Of a stretch of DNA of 64,000 bases, positions 10,412 through 23,097 are shown piece by piece. The stretch's first letter is position 1. Each line of letters begins with the position of its first letter. Position numbers and translations under genes: made by a program. Under the pieces are notes generated by a model, which did no database searches, had not been told where the DNA came from, and worked only from the letters and a program-made list of their open reading frames with translations. The DNA is from an uncultured delta proteobacterium (GTDB taxonomy: Bacteria; Myxococcota_A; Polyangia; Polyangiales; Polyangiaceae): positions 3,008,001 through 3,072,000 of the forward strand of contig CAWAIF010000003.1 in NCBI GenBank assembly GCA_963782055.1, given 5' to 3'.

Positions 10412-10585
10412 GAGCGAGCTCTCCGCCATAGGGGCGCAGGAGGCTCCTCGACGCGGCGCACAAGCGGCGCGCATGTACTACAGAAATGCGTCTGCGCCCG
10501 CGGACGATCCACATGACAGTCGGCGAAGGACTACCCCGGCGGAGCGATCTGCACCCCCGGCGACTTCCCGTGACGTCCGGCGCCC

Positions 10586-11926
10586 TCACTCCTGATCGAA
10601 CGGGAATACCTCGGTCTCCGCCAGGTCCCCGATGCTCGCGCGCACGCCGTCCAGGATGTCCTTGGCGGTGCCCACCACGGTGACGAGCAGGTTGCCGGGG
10701 GACAGCCGCCTCTTCAGCGCGGCGTTGGCGTCCTCCACGGTGATCGCCGCCACCTTGTCCAGCCACCCGGAGTAGTAGTCGCCCGGCAGGCCGAGCAGCG
10801 CCACGTCCAGCTCGTGGCCCACGCGCTTGTGCGCGGTGTCGATCTCGAAGGCCCAGGAGCGGGTGAGGTAGCGCTTGATGAAGGACAGCTCGCGCGGGGT
10901 GACGCCCTCGTCGACCAGCTTGCGCAAGAGGTCCAGCTCCAGCGTGATGCACGGCGCCGCGTCCGTCGCCGCGGGGAAGGTCCACATGACGAAGGAGTGG
11001 CGGTGCCGCTCCACCCCCAGCCGCGAGGACGCCCCGTAGGACCAGCCACGCTTGCCACGCACCTCGCGGGTGAGGCGCGAGGTGAAGGTGCCGCCGAAGA
11101 TGGAGTTGGCCACCGAGAGCGCGGCGTGGTCCTCGTCGTGTGGGGAGGTGCCCAGCGACCCGATGAGGATCTGCGTCTGGGTGCGCTCCGGCTTGTCGAC
11201 GAAGACCAGGCGCCGGTTCTCGACGGGCGGCGGCTCCCCCAGCGTGTCGCCGGCGGCCGGTCCCTCCGGCAGCGCGCCGGCGAGGGTCTTCCCGAAGCGC
11301 TCGGCCTCGTCCAGGTCCACGTCGCCGGAGATGGCGACGACCAGGTTGCCGCGCACGAAGGTGGCGGCGTGGTGGCGGCGCACCCCCGCCACGTCGATCC
11401 GTCCGAGCGACTGCGTGCTGCCGCGGATGGACCGGCCGTAGCCATGCCCGGCGAAGAGGGCGCGGCGGAAGAAGCGGTCGGCCAGGGCGCGGTCGTTGTC
11501 CCGCGCCTCCACGATCTCCGCGCGTGTCTCGCGCAGCAGGCGGGCCAGCTCGTCCTCGGGGAAGGTCGGCGTGCCCAGGATGCGCGCGAGCAGCTCGACG
11601 AAGGCGCCGGCGTTGCGCGAGATGACCTGCCCGTAGAGGCTCGTGGTCGAGGGCGTCACCTCCGCCGAGAGCTCGGCGCCCAGGCGGTCGATGGCGTTCT
11701 CCGTCTCGGTGCCGGTCAGCCCCTTCGACCCGCGGCGCAGCAGGCGCGTGGTGATCCGCGCGAGGCCCTCGGTGCCGGGCGGGTCGATCGCCGAGCCGCT
11801 GCGGAAGGACACGGCGACCGACACCAGCGGCAGGGCGCGGGAGGGCAGGGCGAGCAGCAGGGCCCCACCGCCAAGATCGCGGTGGGCGACGGTCTCGGCG
11901 GCGGTCGGGCGCGCGCGCGGGCTCAC
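10586..11926 (-). CDS. M16 family peptidase, non-catalytic subunit
   Basis: GTG 11926 overlaps the upstream stop (GTGA); GS..DPPGTEGLA without HxxEH; GGTFTSRLTREVRGKRGWSYGA. Confidence 0.88.
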   Translation of the reverse strand: MSPRARPTAAETVAHRDLGGGALLLALPSRALPLVSVAVSFRSGSAIDPPGTEGLARITTRLLRRGSKGLTGTETENAIDRLGAELSAEVTPSTTSLYGQVISRNAGAFVELLARILGTPTFPEDELARLLRETRAEIVEARDNDRALADRFFRRALFAGHGYGRSIRGSTQSLGRIDVAGVRRHHAATFVRGNLVVAISGDVDLDEAERFGKTLAGALPEGPAAGDTLGEPPPVENRRLVFVDKPERTQTQILIGSLGTSPHDEDHAALSVANSIFGGTFTSRLTREVRGKRGWSYGASSRLGVERHRHSFVMWTFPAATDAAPCITLELDLLRKLVDEGVTPRELSFIKRYLTRSWAFEIDTAHKRVGHELDVALLGLPGDYYSGWLDKVAAITVEDANAALKRRLSPGNLLVTVVGTAKDILDGVRASIGDLAETEVFPFDQE

Positions 11927-13281
11927 TGCGCGGCCTCCGCGGTCCTCGCCTCGGGCATCACGTGCACGATGGTGCGGCACTGCCGCAGCAGGTAGCGCCG
12001 CGCCGCGCTGCGCACCTCGCCCGAGGTCACGCGGCGGTACGCCTCCAGCCGGCGGAAGGCGCCCGCCGGCTCCCCCAGCACCGTGTCGTAGAAGCCCATC
12101 TGCTCCGCCTTGCCGCTCGCGGTGTCCAGCGACTGCAGCAGGCCCAGCTCCAGGCGCGCCTTGGCGCGCACCAGCTCGTCGTCGGTCACCACGTCGGCGT
12201 GGAGGTTCCCGATCTCGCGGTCCAGCACCCGCAGCAGGTCGTCCTTCGTCTTGCCGGGCCGCGCGGTGAGGTAGACCTCGAAGAGGCCGGGATCGCGGAA
12301 GGTGGAGACCCACCCGCGCAGGTCGGTGGCGATCTCCTCGTCGATGAGCATGGCGCGGTAGAGGCGCGAGGCGCGCCCGCCGAAGAGGATCTCGCAGAGC
12401 ACCGCGAGGGCGGGGTGGTCGGCGTCGCCCAGCGCCGGGCCGCGGTAGCCCATCACCAGCTTCTCGGTCGGCGTGGGTCGCGTGATGCTCACCGTCCGCT
12501 CCTCGGCCTGCGGCGGCTCGGGGTGGGTGTCCTCCGGCGGGATGACCGCCGCCGGCAGCGCGCCGTACGCCGCGCGCAGGCGCGCCAGCACGTCCGCCTC
12601 CTTCACGTCGCCCACCACCACCACCACCGCGTTGTTGGGCGCGTAGAAGGTCTTGTAGAAGGCCTCGCAGTCGGAGGGCTGAAACCCCTGGATGTCCTGC
12701 ATCCACCCGATGGTGGGCCAGTGGTACGGGTGCACGGTGAAGGCGGTCTTGTAGAGCAGCTCCCCGGCGATGCCCTCCACGTCGTCGTCGACGCGGTAGC
12801 GCCGCTCGTTGGCGACGACCTCCTTCTCGCTCTTCACCTGCGGCTCGCGCAGCACCAGGTGCGCCATGCGGTCGCTCTCCAGCTGGATGACCAGGCCGAT
12901 GCGGTCGCGCGGGACGGCCTCGTAGTAGAAGGTCCAGTCCAGCCAGGTGGCGGCGTTGGTGTCGGCGCCGCTCTCCTCCATCTTGCGGTCGAAGTGGCCG
13001 CCCTTCAGGTTCTCCGTCTCGTTGAACATCAGGTGCTCGAAGAGGTGCGCCAGGCCGGTCTTGCCTTCCTTCTCGTGGCGCGACCCCACCCGGAACCAGG
13101 TCGCGTAGGCGACCACCGGCGCGCTGCGGTCGACGAGCAGCAGCACCCGCAGCCCGTTGTCCAGGCGCAGCACCTGCACCTCGCTCCCGCCGAAGGGGAT
13201 GGCCCCCTCGTGGCGCACCAGGCCAGCGCCCTGCACCGGGCGCGCGTTCACCTTCTCCAGCACCTTCGCGATGGCGGTCAC
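11923..13281 (-). CDS. M16 family zinc peptidase, catalytic subunit
   Basis: VGSRHEKEGKTGLAHLFEHLMF (HxxEH), NAATWLDWTFY, HPYHWPTIGW, FYAPNNA. Confidence 0.93.
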   Translation of the reverse strand: MTAIAKVLEKVNARPVQGAGLVRHEGAIPFGGSEVQVLRLDNGLRVLLLVDRSAPVVAYATWFRVGSRHEKEGKTGLAHLFEHLMFNETENLKGGHFDRKMEESGADTNAATWLDWTFYYEAVPRDRIGLVIQLESDRMAHLVLREPQVKSEKEVVANERRYRVDDDVEGIAGELLYKTAFTVHPYHWPTIGWMQDIQGFQPSDCEAFYKTFYAPNNAVVVVVGDVKEADVLARLRAAYGALPAAVIPPEDTHPEPPQAEERTVSITRPTPTEKLVMGYRGPALGDADHPALAVLCEILFGGRASRLYRAMLIDEEIATDLRGWVSTFRDPGLFEVYLTARPGKTKDDLLRVLDREIGNLHADVVTDDELVRAKARLELGLLQSLDTASGKAEQMGFYDTVLGEPAGAFRRLEAYRRVTSGEVRSAARRYLLRQCRTIVHVMPEARTAEAAQ

Positions 13282-13291
13282 GTGTTCTCCT

Positions 13292-15115
13292 TCACCAGCT
13301 CCGCATGTCCAGCACGCTCATCGCTCCGTTCTGCCACACCCACGCGTGGGGGCCGCAGAGGACGGCGATGCCGAGATCTTTGCCGCCCGCAGCCGGCCCG
13401 CCCAGGCGCGCCAGCCGTGCGGGCTCACCGGTGCCGGGCGCGGCGTAAAACACCGGATCGCCCGAGCCCACCACCACCACCCCGCCGTCGCTCGCCAGCA
13501 GGGCGCCGCCGTCGACGCCGCGGATGGCGTGGACCGGCCGCAGGCCGCCCGCCTCGGTGCGGAAGGCCTCCTGCCGGATATCCCAGAGCACCGGCCGCGG
13601 CGGCGCCCCCGCCTCCACGCGGAAGATGCGCCCGTCCTTCTCCAGCACCACCGCGACCTCGCGCCACACGTCCAGGTCGATGGGCAGGCCGTCGATGACG
13701 TCGTCCTCCGAGATCTCCGCCCAGTCGTGCCCGCCGAAGCGCGCCACCGCGCCGACGCTCTCCCCGCACACCAGCATCGACAGCCCGCGTGGCGCTCCGG
13801 CGAGCGCGACCACGCTCTCGGAGGGCTCCAGGTTGGCGTCCGGATGGAAGGGGACGAAGCTGGTGCCGTCGAACTCCAGCAGCGCGCCGGCGCCCCATGC
13901 CACCACGCGGCCCGCCGCGCTCCCGATGCCGTACCACCACGCGCGCCCCTTGCCCGCGCGCTGCAGCGGGAAGGCGCGCGCGCTGCCGGCCGCGAACTGG
14001 ATGGCGACGCCCGTCGGTACCAGCCCCCAGAGCGTACCGTCCTGGGCGACGTGGACGTCACTCAGCGGCTCGTCGATGGCGTGCGCGGTGGTCACGGCCC
14101 CGCCGACGACGTGCAAGAGCAGGCTGGAGGCGTGCTGCGAGGTAGAGGCGGTGCGGCCGAGCAGGTAGAAGTCGGACGCCGACGGCCCGCTCGCCGCGCG
14201 GAAGGAGTGCCGGAGCGCCGGGAGCGCGGAGACGGTGACCACGCCGCGCAGCACCAGCGGCGGCTCGCGCGGGGCGCGGCGCAGGTCGCGCGCGTGGTCG
14301 GGGTGCGACGGTTGCTTGGGCGCGTCGCCGAAGAAGTTCTCGTCGCGGAACCAGCGCAGCCACCGGAACACGTCCTCCGCCGAGAAGACGAAGATGCCGG
14401 TGCGCAGCGAGGCGGCGAGGGAGAACTCGTCCAGGTTGAGGGTGAGCGACGCCTTGCCGCTGGAGTCGAAGAGGCGGTTGTGCGGCCCGCGCACCTTGTC
14501 GGCGATCTCCGGTCCGATGAGCTCCTCCACCGCGGGTACGTCGCCGGTCTCCAGGCGCCCGACGATGGGGTCGTCGAAGACGAAGCCGAGGTGCAGCAGG
14601 AGCGAGCGCAGCGAAGCGGGGATGTCGGCGGCGGTCGCGAGCTGCTCCTCCAGCCTGTCGGCCACGCCGTCCAGCCACTCGGCGAAGGTGTCCGCGACGG
14701 GCTCCGCCTTGCCCTCGTGCCAGGCGAGCACCGGCAGCTCGCCGCCCGCGCCCTCCTTCTTGCGGTCGAAGCAGTAGATGCGGTCCTCGTCGCGCGACTC
14801 GGCGAAGGGGATGAGCGCGGTGCTCTCGATGAAGCGCCGCTTCTCGGTCATCCCCTGCGCGTCCAGCAGCACGTCGCGCCCGCCGAAGCCGGCGGCGCGC
14901 TGCATCACCGCCCGGTAGCTCGGCGGGAGCGGCTTGCGCAGCATCCGCTCGCGGTCGTCCAGCTCCTGGTCGCCGGCCGGGGGCGCCAGCGCCTTGCCCT
15001 TGCGCTCCACGACGCCGCGGATGCGCTCCAGGCTCGCCACGGCAAGGCGCGTGGCGTCCACGCGCGGGCGCGCGCGGGACGTGCGGGAGGTTCTCTTCGG
15101 GCTCGTTCGCTTCAT
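13292..15115 (-). CDS. SMI1/KNR4 (SUKH)-domain protein with a C-terminal beta-rich region
   Basis: LPPSYRAVM...LIPFAES...YCFDR...PVLAWHEG...[10 protein letters not shown] is the SUKH pattern; the C-terminal half has short beta-strand repeats. Start placed at ATG 15115. Confidence 0.72.
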   Translation of the reverse strand: MKRTSPKRTSRTSRARPRVDATRLAVASLERIRGVVERKGKALAPPAGDQELDDRERMLRKPLPPSYRAVMQRAAGFGGRDVLLDAQGMTEKRRFIESTALIPFAESRDEDRIYCFDRKKEGAGGELPVLAWHEGKAEPVADTFAEWLDGVADRLEEQLATAADIPASLRSLLLHLGFVFDDPIVGRLETGDVPAVEELIGPEIADKVRGPHNRLFDSSGKASLTLNLDEFSLAASLRTGIFVFSAEDVFRWLRWFRDENFFGDAPKQPSHPDHARDLRRAPREPPLVLRGVVTVSALPALRHSFRAASGPSASDFYLLGRTASTSQHASSLLLHVVGGAVTTAHAIDEPLSDVHVAQDGTLWGLVPTGVAIQFAAGSARAFPLQRAGKGRAWWYGIGSAAGRVVAWGAGALLEFDGTSFVPFHPDANLEPSESVVALAGAPRGLSMLVCGESVGAVARFGGHDWAEISEDDVIDGLPIDLDVWREVAVVLEKDGRIFRVEAGAPPRPVLWDIRQEAFRTEAGGLRPVHAIRGVDGGALLASDGGVVVVGSGDPVFYAAPGTGEPARLARLGGPAAGGKDLGIAVLCGPHAWVWQNGAMSVLDMRSW

Positions 15116-15270
15116 CGCCACCGCAGGACCCCCGAGCCTACACGAAACGCTGGCTCGCGATCGGAGGACACCCACGGCTCACCCCGAACGTCGCAGCGGG
15201 CAGGAGGCTCAGCGCCAGGGCACGCCGTTCTACTCCCTGGGGAGTATGGACCGATGAGGTAGATGGAGGG

Positions 15271-18200
15271 ATGCTTGCGGCTGCGTGGGGCGCCAGCGGG
15301 GCGCGCGCGATCGGAGGGTGTGGCGATGATCTTGCGCAGGGCAGGGCAGGGCAGGGCAGGGCAGGGCAGGGCAGGGCAGGGCAGGGCAGGGCAGGGCAGG
15401 CACTTCGTGTTGCCTCCGTGCTCTTCGCGCTCGGAATGGTGATGCTGGCGGCGTGCTCATCGCAGCGCGCCAGTGAGGATGTGGGCACGCAGGGCGAGCG
15501 CATCGTCGCCGGATACACGGACTCGGAGGATCTGTATCGCAACGCGAGCGTGAGGATCGGGGGTTGCAGCGGCACGCTGATCACCCCGATCCATGTGGTC
15601 ACCGCGAACCACTGCGTGACGGGGTTCGGGAGCCCTGGCGGATGGGGTCTCAACGGCAGCCCGATCGTGGGCTTCGGCACGTCCCCTGGGTCGACGTGGC
15701 TGGGCTCGGCCGCGCGCCAGATCCAGGTCGCTGCAAACGCGGTCCTGCATACCAGCCCGATCCAGAACGGCGCCGAGAAGACGGACCTCGCGATCGTCAC
15801 GCTCCAAGCCGCTCCGCGGCTGGGCTCCGCCGCAGGGACGTGGAACGTCAATCCGGTCCACCCGCTGGACCCGAACTACCCGTGTGCCACGACGATCAAC
15901 CCGCTGATCTCCGGGTTCGGGTGGACGAGCTGGCCCTGCGGCGCGAGTCCGGTGAACCGGCAGGCCAACGACCTCTTCGGCGTGAGCTGCCCCACGAACG
16001 ACATGTGCACGGCGAATTTCGGCGGTGGAGCGTACGCCGGCACACTCTTCGGCGACTCGGGCGGACCGCTGTTCATGCCTACGGGCAACCCGAACCAGCC
16101 CTACGTGCTCTGCGGTGCCACTGAAGGCGGCGACGCGACAGGCTGCGGGGTGACCCCGGTCCAGCAGCCCACGAGGTGCTATTGGACGCCGATGACGTAC
16201 ACGGACGGCACGTACGACAACGCCGCGTTCATCAAGAACGTCGCTTGGGATTTCAAGCACAACGGCTGGTACGGCGAGTGCGGCGGCCCCGACACCGATG
16301 GCGATGGCGTGGCCGACGCGTGCGACAACTGCCCCACCATCCGTAACGGGGCGCAGACCGACACCGACGACGACGGAGTGGGCGATGCGTGCGACAACTG
16401 CCCCCTGATTCCCGACGGCATCGAGCCAGACTCCAACTACCAGGCGGAGCTCGCCATCAATCCCCTGGGCAAGGACTGGCAGCCCACCGACGGGCGCGAG
16501 CGCGGCGACTCGTGGCTGACGGCGAACTACTCGGGCGACCGGTGCGATCTCCAGCCGCTGACGACGGCAGAGCCGACCGGGATGGACTACGCCTCCGGGC
16601 GTACCGTCCAGACCCTCCAGACCGAGTGCGGCCACACCGACCCTGTGCAGAGCGACGTGTCGCGCGGCAACGCCCTGGACGAAGAGAGCCATGTGGGCAA
16701 CCCGCTCTACTCCTACGAGACCGGCTGGACGCGTCCGATGCGCTGCCAGTGCCCGGCGGGCACGCCGCAAGCTCAGTGCGAACAGTTCTCCGGCTGTGGC
16801 CGCAACAACCTGGTGCAGAACCTCGATGTCGGTTGGCGCCCGATGGCCCTGGACGATTCGGCCGCGCACAGCACCATCTCGCAGAACTTCGTCATCGCAG
16901 GGCAGAATCAAACGGGTGTGGAGACGCAGTACTGGTCCATCAACGATCCCAAGCAGGCCGCCAAGCACCGGGGTTGGGGCTGGAAGTACTGGCTGGAGTC
17001 GGACATCTCGCTGCTGCCGCCGGCGTACGGCACGGTGCCCGTCTTCGACGGACTGGTCTGGAGCTGGGTGAAGACCTTCGCGCCGCTCGGGGGCCCTCCG
17101 GCCCCCTTCACCGATCCGCCGACCGGCACGACGAACGAGGAGATCCTCCGGCAGTACGTGGCCGCCAACCGACTCACCGTCACCGAGCAGGGCGAGACGT
17201 CGCGCACAATCCCCTGCAACGTCGGCTACGCGCCGCAGCTCTGGCCCTTCGACGGGAGCTGCCCCATGTGCGGGATGGCCTACTACGCGGTGGATCCCTC
17301 GGACCCCAACCCCGCCGCCACGGCGACCTTCCGCTACGCCGGCTTCGCGCCGAGCGATGCCTCGTCGAAGGTGGGCTCCGACGTCACAGCCGCATTGCTC
17401 AATCCGTCGCAGCGAGTGGTGATGGCGAGCGACGCTCCGGGGGTGTGGAAGGGCCTGGTCGCCGGCGTGGTCATCGACGCGTCCACACACCAGACGCTCG
17501 ACCGGGTACAGGTGGGCGCGAACGGGGGGGTCTCGCTGGTCCCGGCCTCCGACGTGACCGGTGCGGGCCCGCTGATCACCGCGGTCAGCGGCGTCCACCA
17601 GGAGGTCGCCTTCTTCGGAGAGACGAATCCGACGTCGGGCCAGCCGCTCAACTCGGTTCGTCTCTACGACTTCGACACGAACTCGTCGCGCACGGCCTCG
17701 CTGCTGGGGAGCGTGAAGCTGGCGAGCCCACAGGCGGCGACCTACCGCGTCGACGACGACAGCTACTACGTGCTCGACGCCACGACGTTCGGCGCTTTCA
17801 CCATCGCCAACGGCGACCTCGAGGCGGGCACGCTGTCCGGCTGGGCGCCGAGCGGCGCGTCGGCGACGATCACGTCGTCGGACGAGCACTCCGGCCGCTA
17901 CGCTGCGATGCTCGGCAGCACGTCGCCCACCAGCGGTGACAGCACGATCACCCAGACGTTCGACGCGCCGACGGGGGTCACGGGCATCTCCTTCTGGTAC
18001 AAGATGTACTGCCCGGACACGATCTACTACGACTGGGCCACCGCCACGCTCACCGACAACACTACGGGCGGCACAGTCTCCACGCTGCTCCCGAAGATCT
18101 GCACCACGGGCGGCTGGACGCAGGTGAGTGGTTCCGTCACCGCAGGCCACCACTACACGCTCGCCCTGACAAGCCATGACGACAACTGGCCGGGCGACGC

Positions 18201-18663
18201 GACGTACACCCTCTTCGACGACGTCGCGCTCACCGGCCCGGCCAGTATGCGGCTGGTTCGCATTTCCCGTGGGATGGTGGGAGAGATCCTGGGCGAGTGG
18301 CCGCGAAGCGGCGCCTTTTACACCTTCGGTCTAACGACAGGTGCCAACGGGAGCGTGGTGGTGTCCTGCTCCAACACGGGCACGCACGGCGTGGGGGAGC
18401 TCCTGCTCGACGCCTTCGACCCCCTGCACCCCATCACCGACTTCGTCGACGAGTCCCCCGCTCCCGGGCAGACCATCCCTCCGCGCGTGTTGCATCTACG
18501 GAGCTTCACCACCGGGTCGATGCCCCTGCTGGCACCTGCGCAGCGCACGCTGCGGGGACTGGAGGACTGGCCGCAGGGGGCGAGCGCACCGGAGCTGATC
18601 GCCTACGGGAGCGCTCCGGATCCGGCGGACCAGCCGCTCGGTGACCTCGCCGGGTGCTTCTGA
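15271..18663 (+). CDS. Large secreted/lipoprotein S1 (trypsin-like) protease with TSP3-type Ca-binding repeats and a carbohydrate-binding-like insert; start uncertain
   Basis: Triad motifs [44 protein letters not shown] repeat twice; lipobox-like LAAC. Confidence 0.85.
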   Translation: MLAAAWGASGARAIGGCGDDLAQGRAGQGRAGQGRAGQGRAGQALRVASVLFALGMVMLAACSSQRASEDVGTQGERIVAGYTDSEDLYRNASVRIGGCSGTLITPIHVVTANHCVTGFGSPGGWGLNGSPIVGFGTSPGSTWLGSAARQIQVAANAVLHTSPIQNGAEKTDLAIVTLQAAPRLGSAAGTWNVNPVHPLDPNYPCATTINPLISGFGWTSWPCGASPVNRQANDLFGVSCPTNDMCTANFGGGAYAGTLFGDSGGPLFMPTGNPNQPYVLCGATEGGDATGCGVTPVQQPTRCYWTPMTYTDGTYDNAAFIKNVAWDFKHNGWYGECGGPDTDGDGVADACDNCPTIRNGAQTDTDDDGVGDACDNCPLIPDGIEPDSNYQAELAINPLGKDWQPTDGRERGDSWLTANYSGDRCDLQPLTTAEPTGMDYASGRTVQTLQTECGHTDPVQSDVSRGNALDEESHVGNPLYSYETGWTRPMRCQCPAGTPQAQCEQFSGCGRNNLVQNLDVGWRPMALDDSAAHSTISQNFVIAGQNQTGVETQYWSINDPKQAAKHRGWGWKYWLESDISLLPPAYGTVPVFDGLVWSWVKTFAPLGGPPAPFTDPPTGTTNEEILRQYVAANRLTVTEQGETSRTIPCNVGYAPQLWPFDGSCPMCGMAYYAVDPSDPNPAATATFRYAGFAPSDASSKVGSDVTAALLNPSQRVVMASDAPGVWKGLVAGVVIDASTHQTLDRVQVGANGGVSLVPASDVTGAGPLITAVSGVHQEVAFFGETNPTSGQPLNSVRLYDFDTNSSRTASLLGSVKLASPQAATYRVDDDSYYVLDATTFGAFTIANGDLEAGTLSGWAPSGASATITSSDEHSGRYAAMLGSTSPTSGDSTITQTFDAPTGVTGISFWYKMYCPDTIYYDWATATLTDNTTGGTVSTLLPKICTTGGWTQVSGSVTAGHHYTLALTSHDDNWPGDATYTLFDDVALTGPASMRLVRISRGMVGEILGEWPRSGAFYTFGLTTGANGSVVVSCSNTGTHGVGELLLDAFDPLHPITDFVDESPAPGQTIPPRVLHLRSFTTGSMPLLAPAQRTLRGLEDWPQGASAPELIAYGSAPDPADQPLGDLAGCF
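15336..15400 (+). repeat. Simple sequence repeat (GCAGG)13
   Basis: 65 nt of perfect pentanucleotide repeat in the 5' end of the protease gene. Confidence 0.97.
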
Positions 18664-20054
18664 TGCGCCGGCGGGGCTGGCTGCTCGCGGCGGGCTTGTC
18701 GATGCTGCCGCTCGGGGCGTGCTCGGCGTGCTCCCCCGCGACGACGGCGACGCCGGACGACGCGGGCCCCACCGGCAGCACGCGGCGCGACGCAGGTCTG
18801 CCGGATGGGGACGCGGGCCCGGCTCCGTTGCCCGACGCGTCGGACTTCGATGCAGGGTTCGACCCGTTCGTGGGCAACTGGGGCCCGATGCCCGGCGCGA
18901 GCTGCATCAAGATGGACTACGAGCCGGCGAAGGACATCACGCCCTTCACGTGGGACGCCTGCGCCAGCGCGCGGCCGGGGTGCGGGCGGCTCAAGGTCGA
19001 CTGGACGACCCAGCTCGGCGTGCAGCTGACATTCCCTCCCACCCATGTCGCCCGCGCCTTTTCGACGGGCACGTTCATCGCCTACGAGCGGCGGTTTCCG
19101 CGGCTGGGGAATCCCAATTTCAACGCCGCGACCATCAGCCTTGCCTCGGACATGGAGGGTCACGCGGCCTTTGCCCTTGGGTGGTTCGAGGATGATCCGT
19201 CCAAGTGCGGAGGTCGGGCTGCGGTGTCTGCCGCGCATGCGACGTTCGCCGGAGTGTCTTACGACAGTAGTATTGCATTCGGGGTGGCACCCTACTCCGC
19301 TCCCTCGAACGTGGTCGCACACTGGAAGACCCAGCAAGACCTCGGGATCGCGACCGGACCCTCCGGAGGTACGGTGCAGCGCTTCGTCACTAGCGGGACG
19401 GACATCGTCGCCGAGACGAGCGATCCCTTCAGCCTCGTCATCTACGATCCGTTGAAGGATCTCCTCACCCAGGTCATGGAAGGTCAGGGCCGGAGCCCCG
19501 CTGTCGACCCGGTGGGCGTGCAGGGCGGCGTGTTCGCCCTCGACTCGAGCAATACGCGCGGCCTCTACTACGTGGCGCTGGATGGAAGCAGCAGCAAGAT
19601 CTACGTCCCGGGTGCGGGCGATCACACTTTCTCCCTGGACGCCGACAACGCGAGCGGCGACAGCCTGGTGTGGCTCCAGGGCCAGGAGACCGGCTTCGAC
19701 TACCTCGACGTGAGCCTCTGGACGGCGCCCTTCGCCACGACGCCCGGCGCCCTTACGCCCCGCCGGGTCACGGGGATCCCCAGCATGTACAACTACGGCA
19801 GCTTCATGGTGGCCAACGCCGGGATGGCGCTGCTGGTGAGCAGCGCGACCACCGCGGAGCTGGTACGCCTGTCCGACGGTTGGGCCTGGTCCATTCCCGC
19901 CGAGGCGGGCGACACCTTCACCCGCGCGCTCTGGGTGGATGACACGGAGGTCTGGCTGGCGGTGGGGCTCACCAAGTACGGCGGATATCTGGGCAACAGC
20001 ATCCTGAAGCTCTCGCTCGCCGGCCTGGGTGCGCCAACCATCCCGCCGAGCTGA
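18663..20054 (+). CDS. Hypothetical lipoprotein, beta-rich
   Basis: ATG overlaps the upstream stop (TGATG); [20 protein letters not shown] signal/lipobox; DAG-rich linker. Confidence 0.75.
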   Translation: MRRRGWLLAAGLSMLPLGACSACSPATTATPDDAGPTGSTRRDAGLPDGDAGPAPLPDASDFDAGFDPFVGNWGPMPGASCIKMDYEPAKDITPFTWDACASARPGCGRLKVDWTTQLGVQLTFPPTHVARAFSTGTFIAYERRFPRLGNPNFNAATISLASDMEGHAAFALGWFEDDPSKCGGRAAVSAAHATFAGVSYDSSIAFGVAPYSAPSNVVAHWKTQQDLGIATGPSGGTVQRFVTSGTDIVAETSDPFSLVIYDPLKDLLTQVMEGQGRSPAVDPVGVQGGVFALDSSNTRGLYYVALDGSSSKIYVPGAGDHTFSLDADNASGDSLVWLQGQETGFDYLDVSLWTAPFATTPGALTPRRVTGIPSMYNYGSFMVANAGMALLVSSATTAELVRLSDGWAWSIPAEAGDTFTRALWVDDTEVWLAVGLTKYGGYLGNSILKLSLAGLGAPTIPPS

Positions 20055-20064
20055 GGAGACGAGG

Positions 20065-20556
20065 ATGGCTGCGGGCATGAAGCACGTCCGAGCAAGAAGC
20101 GCGCGAGGTGGCGGCTGGCTGCTGCTCTCCGCGGCGACGTCATTGCTCGCGACCGCCTGCAGCAACGGCTCCTCCCGGTGCAGCGACGCGCCGCCCGCGA
20201 CGTACGGGCTGCAGGTGCAGTCGGGCTTCCCGGCTTCGCTTGACCCCGACGGCGGGGCGTCCGTGCCGCTCGACATCCACGGTGGTGGTGGGGGCTGCGG
20301 CGGAAGTATTTCCACTGCGCTGACGGCGGAGGGAGGGCTCTTCACCTCGCCGAGCCGCGGCTCCTCCATCACCATCCTGCTCACCGAGGGCGGCGACTAC
20401 AACACTGAATTTCTGGGCACGGCGACGCTGTTCGTACCCGATGGCGCCGAGGTCACGGTGCGCGCGGTCGCCGGGGACGCCGGGGCGTGCACCGTGTTCT
20501 CCATCCGGCCGGACGCGGGCCCTCCCCCCGAGGTCGTGGACCGACCCTGCCTGTAA
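20065..20556 (+). CDS. Small hypothetical lipoprotein
   Basis: GAGGAG RBS before ATG 20065; WLLLSAATSLLATAC lipobox-like segment. Confidence 0.6.
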   Translation: MAAGMKHVRARSARGGGWLLLSAATSLLATACSNGSSRCSDAPPATYGLQVQSGFPASLDPDGGASVPLDIHGGGGGCGGSISTALTAEGGLFTSPSRGSSITILLTEGGDYNTEFLGTATLFVPDGAEVTVRAVAGDAGACTVFSIRPDAGPPPEVVDRPCL

Positions 20557-20616
20557 CGCCCGCTAGCCTCGATCTCCGTGCGCCCTTCGGGCTGTCGGCC
20601 GGCCTGCGGCCGGACC

Positions 20617-22449
<1,833 letters not shown>

Positions 22450-22494
22450 GCACCCAATGTCTCCGTCCCGGACGCGGGCCCAGGGCGGGCTTCT

Positions 22495-22773
22495 TTACTT
22501 CTTGGCGCCCTCGGCTGCCAGTACGGGTCCGCTCCGGTCGCGGCGCTCCTCCTTCGAGGAGCGCGACCCCGAGCCAGAGGTCTCCACGCTGGGGGGCTCC
22601 GGCGTCAGGGGGAGCTGACCGGGCAGCAGGTGGGCGTAGTGGCGCAGGACCAGGTCGATGCCCTCCCGGATGTAGACCGCCACCGGCACCTTGGTACGCT
22701 CGTGCAGGAGCTTGAGCTTGTCGCTCTGCTCCGGGGTCACGTAGATGGTCGTCGAGATTTTCTTTCGAGACAT
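22495..22773 (-). CDS. Ribbon-helix-helix DNA-binding protein
   Basis: MSRKKISTTIYVTPEQSDKLKLLHERTKVPVAVYIREGIDLVL shows the strand-helix-helix pattern. Confidence 0.85.
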   Translation of the reverse strand: MSRKKISTTIYVTPEQSDKLKLLHERTKVPVAVYIREGIDLVLRHYAHLLPGQLPLTPEPPSVETSGSGSRSSKEERRDRSGPVLAAEGAKK

Positions 22774-22897
22774 CGCCGCGATTCCCTGCTGCGCTCCGCG
22801 TTCGCCCGGTGCCGCCCCCAGGACCGTGCGGGTCCTCGTAGTCGACTCCGTCAGGTTTGGATAGCGCGTCGCGACCCGCCGCGGGGAGCGCAACCGC

Positions 22898-23022
22898 TAT
22901 CGATATACACTACATGGACATACGTGCGCTTTCAAGCCGAGGAATTTGATAATTTCGCAATATATTACGTATACTTACGTAGCATTTAGGACAGGGGCAA
23001 TATGCCCCGGCACGGCCCGTTC
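22898..23022. promoter_or_regulatory. AT-rich divergent promoter region with tandem TTACGTA boxes
   Basis: Sharp AT-rich stretch between divergent genes; TTACGTA at 22965-22971 and 22975-22981. Confidence 0.55.
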
Positions 23023-23097
23023 GCGCGGCTTGCTCCCCGGCGCCCGCCGTGGGTATCGTGGCGGCGGAAGTCGTCTTCCCACGAGGGCTTGGACGTC

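Noticed and set aside
15138..15851. Minus-strand ORFs with PALPC repeats
   Set aside because: Antisense translation of the (GCAGG)13 tract and the protease gene.
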